NCBI GenBank assembly: GCA_037379345.1
Contig: CM074521.1
Location: 6,448,001 to 6,512,000, forward strand
DNA length: 64,000 bases
Source of the DNA: Perna viridis
Lineage: Eukaryota
Direction of reading: 5' to 3'
Position 1 is the first letter of the stretch; each line of letters starts with the position of its first letter. Under the pieces are notes generated by a model. It worked only from the letters and a program-made list of their open reading frames with translations, did no database searches and was not told the origin of the DNA. Positions 22,806 to 37,472 of the stretch are shown here, piece after piece. Position numbers and translations under genes: made by a program.

Positions 22806-25591
22806 CTTAATCAGAATCAATAGTACTAATCTTCTCAAAACACGCCGCTATAATTTACTTCACCAATTTGAATGGGAGATCGTGTAATACACAGTAACGG
22901 GAGTGCCAAACTGTCCTTGAGCCATTGATAATTAAATGAGCAGATATTTTAGATCATTTACAAAGATGTAGATTTTAAACCAAAATTCCGTACAATTTTA
23001 ATTAGTAATTAGTAAAGGGTATCAAAAGCGAGGATCATTGGTAACAGCAATTAAAAAAAAAACATATCTAAAAAGTTTTGCCAAGAGTGGGATGGAGCTT
23101 TGCATTTTTTACACGGAAAAAGACGGCAAATCAAAGAGCTAAGCATCAGATGTACATTTCCATTTAAAAAATCTTGAAACATGACTCCACGAAATTTCGT
23201 CCAAACGAAATCAGTTTCAAAGACAAATCCATGAAATTTTATTCCCATGAAAGTAAATGATTATACAGTATGTATGTTGTGACATTAAGCTTTGCAGAAA
23301 AAGAAAACAAAACCCCAAAATTGTAGGGTATTACCTTTTCGTAGTTCCAAATTTAAAGTTGAATTCATATGAGTTACTACGACACTATAAAAGACGATTG
23401 TAAATGCAGATGTAACTTTACCAAACACAACGTTTAAACCTGGGATTATATATTACCAACAAGTTCAAATATACATCATGTTCGTAGATTTTGTAAAAAC
23501 AATTTGCTCCATTTATGACAGTAATGTTTTAAAAAGATATTTATATATAAAATGGCTTAATTGCAGAGAAAAACCGTTCACCATTAAAAAAAACTGATCG
23601 AATTTGCAAACATATGTTTGAATTCTATTACTAAAAAAGAAAAAAAAAAACGTCTAAGCACATCTTTAATTACATATCAGTACTTAATTACAAATTTGGC
23701 ACAGGATGCTTACATTATCCAGAGTGTATCATGACTTATTTTCTTCTATACATTTATGACATTAACTTCTAGAAAACTTATTCCAAATGCAACAAAAGCA
23801 TTCTGTTATTTAAACACTGATTACAGTGGTACAATTTTTTCACACACCACCCGTCGACTTCAACAATTCGCAATAGGATGATCTTTCCTTTTGAAGGTAA
23901 ATATCTTTATTCGGCAGTTTGACTGTATAAGTAAATATGTATAGTTTTAAAAATGACCACAGAAATAAAGATTCATTGTTACTACATCAATGGAGAAATT
24001 CCGTTATCAAAATTGGTATTTATCTTGGGCTATTCCAGTTCATCAAGGTCAGATCATCTGGTCAATATGCTTTACCAAATGTTGAGATAATAAGATAACT
24101 TAACAAATGCATTTTATAAAACTACAACCACAGATATGGCAACAATACATGAAAGAAAAGAATCAACTACAAACTCATGTTGCCAAATATTTTTGTGTCC
24201 ATAATTGTTTAACTAAGTTCTTTATGATATATTCTACATCATGCGTGTGTACTACAAATTCGTTATGTTTATAATTACTTTGGGAATACGTTTTAATGTA
24301 TTAAACGATAGCCAAAGTGTGGATACTACTCGTGATTCGGTATTGGTATTAAATAATGGACAACATTGAAAAGTATCTAACATGACATACAAGTGTGGTC
24401 CATTCATAGATACAAATGACTCTGATTAGAAAAAGATTAGCTTTTTTCACACAGAATATACTGTGTATCGGGAAATGTTCATGAAGACTTTTGTTTGAGT
24501 GTTTTAGAGGAAATATAGCTTTTTCAATTTTCGATATGTTCGAAAGTTGATTTTGAACTGACAATAGAATCAATGATCCATAACATGTGTACAAATATAC
24601 CGGTATTGAGAACCTGTTTGAGATTAATTGAAGAGCAAGGTCAAATTCTTGATAAAAATGCAATAAGCTTCCGTAACAAAATGCCAAATTAACATCACGG
24701 GAATAGCAGTAAGCACTATCAAAATAGGGTATGAGAAAAACTATTGATACAATTTGCGGTAAGGTATCTTCATGTAACAATTAATCCGTTATTTCAAAGC
24801 TTGCAGAAATTATGTGGATTTTTGTTACGGGGTTCGGCTTCTTACAATTAGCCTTTTAGAAAGGCATTACTTTGCTGCAAATTAAAATGGTTGCCACAAA
24901 AGTTTGATGGTCGTTATAATTAACTCTGGGATCGTAATGGAGTAACAGGAACAACAAACAAACAAACAAACAAACAAAAACACCAGCAATATGAACTCCA
25001 ATACAAACCAGTAGTAACATAAGGTGCTTCAAAAGGATAAAGATTTCCTGCTTCGCTAGCGACACCGGTTATATTGCAAGTGAGTACAAGGCGGTAATCA
25101 CATATCCATGTTATAGCTACGAGAACTAATCTGATTATCGTGTTATTGATTTACCCTTTCGTCTACCGCCATCTTTAAATTTTATTAGCAACAAATCGGG
25201 TGTTTCTTACAAAGAAAAAGACGGTTACCTTACTTGCGAACCTGAAACATGCTCCCACATTGCTCATTTACTTTTTTGTGTATGTGCGTACTATTTTGGT
25301 TTTACATGTAATGTGTTCTTTGTTGTGTGTGTCTGTTTTGTTAAGAACCAATTGTCGTTTTTTATGTTCATTGTTATTCGTTTTACGTTTTTTTTTATAT
25401 AGATTAGGTTTGTATTTGTCTTTCAAGAATAGTTCAACCCATTTATTTTGAGGCCTTTTTCAGCATGTTTTATGGTAACGCCATTACCTATTATTGAAGA
25501 CCGTGTGGTGCCCTTTAGCAGTGTAAATGTTCGTTGATTGGTTTTTGGTAGATGACTATCCAATTGGCAATTAAACCAGATATACTATATC

Positions 25592-25790
25592 TTTCTAGAA
25601 AAGCAGAGGACGTTTACCCTACCGGTGCACCTGGTCTATGCTCCTTGTTTTAGTGGAGTCCGAGTTGCTCATTTGCTTTTGTTACTTTGTATGTAGGATT
25701 TTAGTTACTTTATGTTCTTTGTTGTGTATGTCTGTTTTCTATGTCTGGTCTTTGTCCCTGGATTACATTCGTTTGATTACCGCTATAAAC
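25592..25790 (+). repeat. Copy of the abundant short interspersed repeat
   Basis: CTAGAAAAGCAGAGGACGTTTACCCTACCGGTGCACCTGGTCTATGCTCC..GGAGTCCGAGTTGCTC.. Confidence 0.8.
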
Positions 25791-28700
25791 TTATGACATT
25801 CATCAGAAGTTTCTACTTCATCAAAACAGCTTTTGAAACATGGTAGATTTATGAGGAAAAAATGAACAAATGACATTTCCTATAAACCTTATAAGATTTA
25901 AGTGCAAGTTTCCCAATATATAGTAATGTGTTCGATTTGATAAAACATTGAATACTTAATCACTTCCGAGTTTCTTTTCTAGTTGTATACCAATTAAAAA
26001 TTCTGGCTTGATTTTAGTTATAACGACAATATGTTAAACAACATCTATATTCCCTGCAAGTATTAAAAATAAAGAACATGTGATTCAGTAGACCTGCAAC
26101 CCTAAACAAAAGTTAGAACTTTATTGAAACTGGTTTGTATTGTAAACGCCACCTTCCCGCACAACAATTTCATCAGTATAATCAATAACAAAGTTCCATC
26201 TCATTCAGTTAAGCATTGTTAATTGTTTGAAGATAGCTTTAGATGTGTACCATTTATTTAAAAAAAGAAAATGTTATTTAAATATTTCTGTGCCTAAAAC
26301 TTATGTGTTATCTTTTCGTGCATGGATGTGTTTTATTTGAATTCTTAAAAACATGAAAACATTTTATGGAGAGGTTTGTTTTCGTTTAAGTGCGTCAGTG
26401 AATGATGTAGACTTTTGATTGGTTTTCTGGTAATCAAACTGTATGTTAATTTGTTTTTGAATGAATATTGGCTTTGTGGTTTCACATATCAGTGAATACT
26501 TTTTGGTATAAAGAATCTGCCTTCACATGGTCTTCCAGGAGAATGTGTGAACTGTTATGTCCTGTAATGATGGTTTTCTGCACATGTCTTTCTTTATAAA
26601 AAATACTTAACATGAGACAAAGTTATCATATTGTAATTTTAGTACATTTGTTTTCGTTTTTCACATGATAACTGCTTTTGTTTAAAGCTGTCAAACTTTA
26701 GGGAAATTAACACTATAAGGAAAGCAAATTCACCCAATGATTTCAAATGTTGCATAAATCTAATTAAGAATATATATTATAATGAAATATAAGTAGATAC
26801 CTTTTTTGTTTGTTTTGTGAGTCCAGCAAAGTTACAAATGTACAAAGGGTTCCCCCTTCTAGAAATGAGGTGGTTTTTGTGTCATGTCATTACATACAAC
26901 AGAAATGCATAGAAACACATTCAAACTCAATGGCATTGAACAAAAGGAAGAACATTCTATTAAATGTGATGAATTCGAACAATATAACAGATATTTACAC
27001 AAGAAAACCTTCCTGCAGATATTTTTAGAAATGGTATTACGAAAGAACAAAACCAGATGCGACACTCCATTCCATGTTTTACTATATTCTATAACAATGT
27101 AGTTTTTGTTCACTGAGGTTCTTTTTGCAGAGAATATTACCCATTTAGCATGGAAATGTGTTAATGTGACCTGTATTAGCTCCAAGAAAAGAAATAAAAG
27201 CAGAAAAATCCAACTTTTCTACCATTTGTATACCTGAAATATTGATTGCAGATAAAACATCCCAGAAAATTTGCCTAAACATACCAAAATGTGAATTTCG
27301 AAGGATCTATTTTCACGTAATTTGACAACCTGTATTATATTCAACATAAGTAAGAGAGATAAGACAATGATTTTGCTTAAATTTATTGAAAAAATTAATT
27401 TCATATATCTAGGGATGGCCAATTTTCTAGTGAATATTTGACATCATAGCCCTTCGAGATGAACTAGTGCAATTCTTAATTGTAAAAAATGGAAGAAGTA
27501 ACCTTTATATATTTAAGAGTATTGGAAACACAACTATTAGTATCCTTATAAATCTCTTAAATGCATTTTTAAACAAAGAAGCATGGATTTGATATATTAC
27601 AGGCCCTTTTGGCTTAACTGTATAGTTTTATTATGCATAAAAAATGGGTCGCGACAGGAAAAAAGTTAAAAATGTATGCTTCTTTTCTTGTAAAAACTTT
27701 TTATCCAAATTATAGGTTTTTATAGCCAAACTATATACTTAAGGCACTGTCCATGTGTGGCAAAGACAAATTCTCAAAAAAACTGCTTATTCATAGCATT
27801 TTAAGCATTTCCTTTTATGATAAAAAGACAAAAATGTTAACCTATTATTTTTTACTTCAAATAGAAGTAATTAGAACTGACCTCAAAAAGAATTATTGAA
27901 GATTTTGAAATTTTGATTGCTATAGCCTATAGGAATAAATTCAGTAAAAAGACTCCCGTTGCTTCCAATGCAAACCTATATTTAAAGTGATGCCCCTAGA
28001 GAGTAAACCTTTAGAAATCAAGCAGTTTTATATATCACACTTTTAGGTTCATAAGCCAAGTTTCCTTTTGCAGATTTCAAAACATAGGGTCATGCGGTAT
28101 TGTTTGGCCATTTCCAAAAATGAAATGTCGTTCAAATTATTTTAATTGGAAAAACTATTATTCAATCCCATGGCCACTGGTCTTTTCTTCATGATAAATT
28201 GTTCTCCCCAAAAGGGGCGGTCCTTGTGACATCATGAATATTTACTATATTCATATCTATAATCATAGTAGTATTTGTTAAAGTGTTTTCTGAAACAGAA
28301 ATTGCATATCTGTTTGTAAAATGAATTATCTGTAACATGATAAGAGTAAGACTTTTAGACTTGATGTAAAGGTTTGGTAACCTATGGTTCTACACAAGCA
28401 CTTTCTTTTCTTGATTTCTTTTTAACTTGAGTGGAACATGAATGTGAATGCCGTAGACACTCACAATTACCTCCTTATGTATATTTGTGCATGCCGTCGT
28501 TTGTTATTATGTATTTTGGGAAAGTTCGTAACCACAAGTTCGTCCTCACTGTTTCTCCTACGTAGTCAGGTCTCCTCTTTAGTGTGTCCCTCCCATTCTA
28601 TTCTTGTTTCTCACCCTTCATTTCATGTGTAAGGGATATATTGTTCCCCCAGAATAAGTTCCGTTAGGCCTATTTCCTTTTATTGTATCGTACCGATTAA

Positions 28701-31007
28701 ATCACTGGGCGCAGCCATTTTCTTCCGGTATTTCCCCCATTTATCGTTTTTACGCATGTGCAGCGTCCGTTACCATGACGGTAATCAATCAATAGTTCCA
28801 AGAATCCCCAAGGGAGTACAAAACCCTCAACATCGTCTGCTTCTGGGAGACTGAGACCCGTTACCAGGGCGAGATACCTGAATAACCCTTTATAAGTGAC
28901 TAGAGTGCTCCACCACAATTTTTTCTCAACCAACGACCAGGTTGAATGTGTATGTAACCCATTTATACATGTATACGCTGACCCAGTTTCCACGTAAATA
29001 ATAATGTCGTTTTGCTATAGTAGTCAAGTTGACTATTTGTAAACAAACCAAACTTGTCCCTGATTATTCTCCAGCGCTCTGGTTGGATTTTATAACATGT
29101 AATTGTTATTGTTAGTTATATTTATGCTGTTTGTGTGTACATAGGCATAATAAATAGCATATAAAGTTGAATGGGTAATGTTCTTTATGAAACATGATAG
29201 TTGGAATCAGTGCCTTACCGATTAGCTACCTTGGAGTATATTGCCATTTATAGTATAAAGGAAATTTTCTATAGTGGTAAAGACCACAACCCTAACATAT
29301 TAACAACATGTCATAAACAACCCCTCCAACATTACATATCTTTGTCAGCCTTTTCATCCTTTTATTCCGCTTGTGCAGTACCGGTTTTGCAAATGTTTGC
29401 ATCAAAGAAATATGACCATAATGTTAATATCCATACTAAGTAAAATAACAACGATGACAACACTAATTTGTAGGATACCGAACAGATGGTATCAGTGAGA
29501 TGAAGATAGATGAACTAGTTTTCGGTTTTATCGAAGTTCGCGGGGTTTTTTTTTGGAAAAAATACATGGCATTTCATAGGTAAACAATTCTTTCACAAAT
29601 ATCATTCTTAAAACTTGTTTAACAAGTGCAAAATTAGCATACCCAGGAATTCTGATGTTAACAGTGATATACATAAGGTTCAATGGAATATTTTCTTCTC
29701 ATATTTGCACTGATATAAATCTGATTTATCGTTAACATTTTTCGAAGTATACCGAACTTAAATTGTTATTGACAACTGTCTTGCTTGTCTGATAAAGGGT
29801 ATAGTTTTTATCAAATCCTGCTACGTATTCTACACAATTAAATTTTGTATTACATATTGCAGCACATTTCACTTTTCCGATGTCCGATATTGAAGACAGT
29901 TTCAAAATGGGTATCTTCAGGGTTTCTCTGCAAAATTTATATTCTGAATAAGACAACACTATTTTGAGACTTGATCCATTTACTAATGATTTTTTGACAA
30001 AATTGACTTCATGATGAATGGCACGAATTAATGTATTGTATCAATTTGATTTTAAGAATCCACATACAATACGGTTTAAAATATAACTGTGCATAATGAT
30101 AATAATAAAAAAAGATATAATTGTTATATCCTTAACTCTTACTTCAAATATTTGAGAATTTGTGTTATGACTTAAAAGTGTCCATTTTTTGCTATTCATC
30201 AATATATAATTTTTTTGAAGCCAAAACCATTTATTATGACAGGATTTGTCCAAAATTATATATTTCTCCAATTTCATAGATAATAATAAAACAAATCGTT
30301 TACATTATAGCGATTGATATTTCTGAGGACCAAATTACGCTATTTGTCTTTTTTCTAAAATATTAGCGCTAATTTATTTTTGAGACTGAAAATAAAATAT
30401 AGTAGTTAAAAAGTACAAAATTGTACAAATGTATACTTAACGAATTTGAATCACCAAACAAAATCGAGCAGTTGTTGTTCGACGTATACATAACGAATAT
30501 GTAAATGGCGCCATCCTTGAGTAAGAAGGGATAAAAGTGATCAAAAAATCCCTGTTCCTCGATTACAAAGTTGAAAGTGACAAAACAGTGCAAAAATAAG
30601 ATAAAGAACATTATCATATATTTGACTACGTGTGTACACCTGAACTTCACATAAGGTTAGGGCATCTCGACCTGGGAGCAACCTGAATTTTTTATAAATC
30701 TTCAAATACCGGCCTTCAATTCTCTGATCAAAGCCAAATTGAGTACATTTGGACAACGGCCTTTATGGAAGTGACACAACGAACCTGGAACCGCATCGAA
30801 TGATGACCATGATGAAATTACAGGGTTTAACAAGTAAACGTAGAAATTGTAAAGTCGTTCGCCTGTAAATGAAGAAAATAGCCTTAGTATGATGAAGAAC
30901 CTGCTAATCTATTATTGATAATGGTAAACCTATTAGATTTGGATGGCTGAAACAACCCGATACAATTGTTAAAATTGGATGTAGATCTTCCTATATGTTT
31001 GATTCTG

Positions 31008-31051
31008 ATGCTGCTGATGAGAGATTACTTCCTGAAACATGTGTACAGCAT
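31008..31051 (+). ncRNA. Candidate minimal type I hammerhead ribozyme
   Basis: ATGCTG-CTGATGA-GAGATTACTTCCT-GAAA-CATGTG-TA-CAGCAT. It has a perfect 6-bp stem I, an intact CUGAUGA/GAAA/GUA core and a minimal stem III with palindromic ACATGT. Stem II has one mismatch. Confidence 0.6.
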
Positions 31052-32055
31052 ATCAACATATGCAATATATATTATGAGTATTTGTATTTTTTTTGTCGAT
31101 GAAAGTAGTCTTTGGAAAGTCTTAATTAAGCCAATGAAAATGGGTAATACAATAATTAACTTCATCCAAGCCAGTGACAAAATATATATTAGTAGTATTG
31201 TGCTGTGCTGGTTGATTTCAACAATACAACTAATTTGCGTAGTCGTATGTGTTATTATAAATGACTGTATCATAGAGTTTTTACTTAAGTTTGTTATTTC
31301 TTGCCTTTTCCATATATAAGTTGAATTAGGGAAATGAGACATAAGATAGGTATGGTATTGCAAATCTTACATAGTTTCAGTTGAATTTGTAAAATTTGAC
31401 AGCTAATGATGAATGATTGCTTTTATTTATTTGCGCTTTTATAGTAGTTAGGCAAGTCGGACCCGATTTTTGTCATTTATTATGTATCGAAATGTCCAGT
31501 ATTATTAATGTCATCAGCGTTAAACAAAAAACATCGTTCCTTGAATTCGAATGAGTAGAACTTAATTCCTGGTGTTGGGTTTAATTTTTAGATAAAGATA
31601 AAACTATGCAATTGGTTCTGCTGCTGTTGGTGAGAAATTACCCCTTGAACAAGAAGCACAGCATACAATAATATGAACCATATTTCTGTATTCACATGCA
31701 ACGAAGAGACTCACCACAACATTCTACTCTATTATAGATGGTTATGCTATCTATAGTGTAGGAAATACCAAGGTCAACTGCCCACCAGAATTCGTGATCA
31801 TCATGTTCCGTATTTGTGCAAAACTCCATTAACATTAAGTCAATTCTTTGGTGCAAAAGTCCGTCATTCGCATAATTTGATGTGTAATTCCACCCATGGG
31901 TCGAACTTTGTCTCGTCTCCTTATTAAGAGCGATATTTTCTCTTGTATCCTTCTTCTGAGTGGACACTTGAAAGAACAGATTTACTGTAAGAGAAAGTAA
32001 AAATATTCATAAAATAGTAATATCATTTATGGAATCCAGGGAAAAAAAGAGTAAC

Positions 32056-32058
<3 letters not shown>

Positions 32059-32101
<43 letters not shown>
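32059..32101. repeat. (AC)n microsatellite
   Basis: About 21 AC units. Confidence 0.95.
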
Positions 32102-32103
<2 letters not shown>

Positions 32104-34531
32104 AAAACTAAAAATATTTAAAACCAGTTTAGATTTCAAGGCTCCGGCCAACACCTGTCTCTTGTGGATAACCGCTGCTGGTTGAAGGTCAAGTCTGATG
32201 AAAATAGAAGTCATCAATAACAGTTGAAGGTTGTTTACAATATTCAATATATTTTGTGCGAATTAATCCGATAATGGCGCGATATTTCGCAAATTTCATG
32301 TGCAAAAAGCAATCTTCTTAATTTATTTAAAACTATGCAAAATTCAAACCACATCATCACACATAAAAAGACAAAAAAGTTAAAAAAAAATTATAAAAAA
32401 AATGTTTGTGTACAAATGTTGGTCTGGCTGAAATAAACTATTTACCTATGACAGTAATGGTTCTATAGAACATTTTCCATCTGAAAGAATTCATAATTTC
32501 TTTGCAGTCGTTTTCTGAAAATAAACTCAAGTAAAATAAATCAATGATATAAAGAAATACGGTTTGCCTACATGTATTATACATAACATAAAATTGTGCA
32601 AAAAACTCTGCACTGCATTTAAAGTATTGCAAACGTATTAATTATCAAGTAAAAATATTCGGGGGTATCAATTTTTGCGGTTTAAAAAATGAAAAGACTA
32701 TATCAAACATTAATAATCAATTTCGCGGCTGCTATTCTACGCGCTTTTTTGTTCACCTTGAAAATGGCGAAAAATTAGTACACCACGAATTTTTTTTTAA
32801 TAGCATTCTGATCAAAACCAATAACTAAAACAGTATGTGAAAAAACAACTTACCTTAAAACTTTCCTGGTCTTTAGAATGTCAAATGTGAATCGGTTAAA
32901 CAATAATTTCAAAAACTAATAGGAGCTGTAAATATGATATCGCCATAAATGCTATTGATAGACTAGCACGATCACATTATAATTCAATAAATCTAACTTT
33001 TTTTATTTAAATCCATACGTATTTGTGAAGGGCATAATTATTAAAAAAACGAAACAAAAACAAAACTTTGGAAATGACCTACTTATCCATGTTATCGATA
33101 AAAATAATTGTTACCAATTAGGCAACGATTAGTTGTACGACTGATTATGAATAAATACTATGTCACGTAAAGAGTTTAACGGATTGGTTTTTAAGGATTA
33201 ACCACTATTTTTCCAGAATTTATCGTCTTATAAAATTCACCCACAAAACAAATAAAAGATGTCAGGTTTTTTTAGTTAATGGTACGATTTTACACATTCT
33301 TAAAGTCTAGGACAGCAGTGTTTAATCCTTATAATTCCAATTCCACACTATTTGAGATTTGTTTATCGGTTGTGTTTCTTGTATACTCCCATTCAATGAA
33401 ATTGACACCAGGAATCAACATTACAAATTTTTGGCATTTGCTCGACAACATGACAACGTGTCAATTCTAATATCCAATGTAAATAGGGCTACTAATAACA
33501 CAATAATTTCAAAAGTGTTGTTATGAATATCCATTGACGAAAGTTAATGGAATAAAGCAGGTAATACCGTCAAATTAATATACACGATTTTACAATATTT
33601 CGCAACTGAAAAGAAACCTGTAAACTGAGTGTGATTTGCCAGCGTCGATATAAAACACACGTGATTTTTACCCGGTAAAATTGTTATTTGTATTAAAGAA
33701 TATAGTAATAGCATAATAAAAGTTCCTGAATATGAATATATCGACATGAAAACTAATTATAGATCAATTTCGCAACATGTAGTTGATAAACTACAGACAA
33801 TAAAAATTAAGCATACATACGGACCTAGACCGCATTTAAAAATCAATTGATGCTTGGATTACGTAATGAAAAATAAAAAAAAGAGTCAAACAGACTAGAA
33901 AGATGTGTTTTCAGAAGCAAAACGATACATACACTAACAGTACACTTATTTCATATTTCTAATCTATTCATTTAATTATAGTTTGTATCATTTGGCTTTC
34001 CGTAGAAAAAAAAAATTCTATCGTCATGTTTTTTTTACTTTGCTTTAACTTGTTGTCTGTCTGTACTAAACAGCTTATACCGATATTTCTGATTCTGAAT
34101 ATACATTAACCCTTGATAGCATCAGGGAATGTATCATAATAGCAGCCTTTATAAACATCAGACAAGTTGTGATGTATGCATGTCGCCATTTTTCGATTTT
34201 CACATTTTTTATTCAGAAACCAGTACAAACCTCGAAACAATTATCAGTGTATCATGAATATAAATTAATACAGTTTGTGTGAAATTAAGCACTTATCATA
34301 TTAGGTTTGGTTTAGATATATTTGAGAGAATGTATTTTTTCTGAATAATAAAAACAATTGAAAGCTTTGAAAAATTTCAACAATACCTATTGATGGCATA
34401 TGAATATTTTTAAGTGGTCTTTGTGTATTGTGGATTCAAACCCTATGGATGAAAGTTGTATGTATACATTTCAGAATGTGACGACTCTATTCGCTACACT
34501 GCTCGATAGGCTCAAATTGATACAGGGAAGA

Positions 34532-34785
34532 TAACGTAAACTTATAGAATGGTCTGAAAAATTCCCAACAATGTTAGAACTGTCAAATTTGCGAAGCATA
34601 TTTTTGGTCGTTCCCTCTGCGGGACTCGAACTCGTACCGCTGTGACATCAATGGCAGCACCGCCTGCACTAAGTCCAGCGCTATAGGCCGAGTGCCGCGG
34701 AGGGAACGACCAAAAATTTGCATCGTAAATTTGACAGTCCTAACATCGTTGGGAATTTTTCCGACCTTTCTATAAGTTTACGTTA
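34532..34785. repeat. ~97-bp inverted repeat enclosing a tRNA-derived SINE-like head
   Basis: Arms at 34532-34628 and 34689-34785. The minus strand carries a B-box (GTTCGAGTCC) and is homologous to 39488-39582. Confidence 0.8.
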
Positions 34786-35667
34786 ATGGGTATCGGATCG
34801 TCGAGTCATGACGATGCAGATCAAACAAACAAAAATATATACGTCTAAAGGATTGTATAACGATACCGATAAAGATGTTAATACACTATAATAAAATATA
34901 TAATGGGCAAAATTTTCAATCAACAAAGGACCTTCAGCAGTGCCTTAAATAAACTGAGTGTGTATGAAAGTAAATGGTCTGTGAACACAACTCACTACCT
35001 AATCAGGTGAATACCTGTGACGTAAACAATTTTACTGACAGTAAACGAAGATCTTCAACATTGTGTTATAGACACATATTGTGTGTTGATCTTGAACACA
35101 GAACTATAAAACTAAAAATATTTACAAACACTGTAATAAGAAACTACAAAATAGGAAGAACTTAAATTTTTTTGTTAATTCCATGTGGGTGTAAAACACG
35201 GAATTCTTTCATCTAAAAATCCCTCCCGCTTCACTCTCTGTAGATTGCTTCAGACCCTGTTTTGTTCCACGATGAAGATTTTCATTTTGTTGAAATCATC
35301 GAGGCAGTGGTTTGGTAATCTAAAGTGTTGACTCACTGGGAGTAAAGGCTTTTTTGTTAGGTCGCTCATGTGTCCGTTCAAGCGCTTATCAAAAGGCTGT
35401 TTAGATATAGAAGGCCACAGATGGGACAGTGGAGCAAATATATGACCATAGCACCCTTACAGTGCACGTTATATATATATGTGTATTATGTATTGCTCTG
35501 CAGTCAGTTATATTTCAAGACAATGAGTGGAAATTAACAGAAACCATTAGGATATATTCGGAATCATGATGTCATTTGTTAAAAAAAATGAAATGAACGT
35601 AATACTAAAAAAGACATATTTCGAGAAACTAAACATTTCGTCAAACATTGTCTTGATTAAAGTAGCA

Positions 35668-35885
35668 GTCTTTATAAAAATCAGGCAGGAGGTGATTCAT
35701 GCATATAAAAACCCACCGAATTCAGTTTTATTTCTTGTTCAGAAACAATTATAGACCACATAAGCAGTGTTAGTATTTTCATTTGGATGTTGCGCTTTTG
35801 AGATAAGGTCTATATACATTGTACATGAAATGGACACTTTGCAAGAGTTGTCGTTCTTAATTTGGTTTGATTTGGTTGATTCAGA
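35668..35885 (+). repeat. Unclassified dispersed repeat family (AATCAGGCAG..AAAACCCACCG..)
   Basis: Related segments at ~37100-37400, 43520-43910(-), 51590-51930, 55415-55730, 56220-56560(-) and 57890-58110(-). Confidence 0.6.
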
Positions 35886-37472
35886 TTAACATACATAAAG
35901 GACTACTGTCACATAAACATGTAGCATATAAAGACATCGTTTGTTCCATGGGTTTTTCTGCACCATGTATTACACTACAATAGATAGTGTCTGAATTTTA
36001 TATATACTAGCATTTAAATATACTTTTCTGGTTGAAATAGTTTTTAAAAAGTTGTCGTTGGACGTGGTGAATATTTCCTGTGTCGAAATAAGCATATGAT
36101 TCAGTGTTGTTTACCAGTTTGGTCAATTTTACACATTTCATGTGAAGTTAGCAAGTTTGTTTACAATGTTTTGTCAGTAAATTGAGCACATATTTTATTA
36201 GCAATTATGCAATATCCTTGTTAATTTAACAAACTGTATTTTTAGGGACTATTCTGTATAAATGAATATTAAGGATATCTTGTTATCTGATCAAGGTTCA
36301 ATTGGTGGTAAAATATTAACTTCTTTGTATGAGCTGTAAAAAATAATAAAAGGACAGGCTATCTTGAGTTTGTTTCTTGTTTCACATTGTAAGCTTTGTC
36401 GCACTTAAATAAGGAACAATTTGGTTAGCAGATGATCACAAATGATATTTATTTGAATACAAGTACAATATCAGTTTAAATACAGCCTTTCTAGCTTGGT
36501 ATTTTTTTCTATTTGGAAATGTAACTTTTTGGTTTCCTCTTACGTTATTTTGATAACACTCAATATAATGCATTTCCAAATTGAGTTTCATTATAAAGAG
36601 GAAAATCAATTGTAGCGTTCATATTCTAGGTTTACAAGAAAGATGTTTACATATGCAGAACATACTTTGATACATGACTCATTTAAATATCTTCTATTGG
36701 ATTTGAGTAATGTCTAACGATAGCGTAAAGCAGATTTTTATCTATATGTATCAAGTTTTATAAAACTGAGGAATACCAAATAACTTCCTTAATTCTTGTC
36801 TACTTCATTTAACATTCTGTATTCTTAAGTTTTAAAATTCGAAGTAATTAATTTGCTAAAATGGAACTACTCCATTAAAACCTAAGTTTTTTTCCTGCAT
36901 TCATTTTAGATTTCTCTACACGTTAAGTCTAACTAAAATAAAATCCTTATGTAAGAATCAGGCAAAATGTGAAAAATGAAACAAACCTCTCAATAGCCCG
37001 CTTATCTCACAGTATACGTTTCTTTTATTGCTAGATTCTCATTGATTCTGCCCGAAACTGACTCTGAAGTTGACTGTGATTACTGAAATCTAATTTTCAG
37101 TCTCTATAAAAATCAGGCAGTGGGTGAAACATGAAATGACAAAACCCACCGTTTTGAATTTTACTATTTGAACCATCAGAATCATGGAAAGAAGACAATT
37201 CTTTCCATACCATGCTGGTTAATTGGGATATGATTTCATTAAAATGCTTCGAAAATGAACATTTCAAAGGCAGATAACTCTGTCAAAAACTTCATTTTTC
37301 TGATATTCTTTTGAAAAAATCCTGAGCAAATACAGAGATGTAGAGAACAAAAATCAACATTTTTAACATTTATCGAGAAAAAACATTTTTTTATCGGCTT
37401 TCTCTCGCTTGCGTCACTTTTAACAATAAGATTAAACAGCGTCATGTTTGACCTGTCATTACTTTGACTAGT

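Larger units (their letters stand above)
29732..32494 (-). pseudogene. Fucolectin (F-type lectin)-PAN/apple gene A, probable pseudogene; exons 32446-32494, 31715-31984, 30615-30862, 29732-29943
   Basis: Signal peptide MFYRTITVIVNLFFQVSTQ; ENIALNK..QSST..ANDG..WWAVDLG..IYNRVECC/GERLYNF..GRYLKIY..LTLCEVQVY; last exon CAAIC..C..YFEKC*. Lesions: 1-nt deletion in a Cys codon at ~30730, and exon-3 donor reads AT (30614-30613) where paralog B has GT. Confidence 0.85.

Noticed and set aside
32854-32946. Candidate first coding exon of gene A (MAISYLQLLLV...)
   Set aside because: In-frame stop before the donor. It may be a 5'-UTR exon, and a better signal peptide is encoded at 32446-32494.
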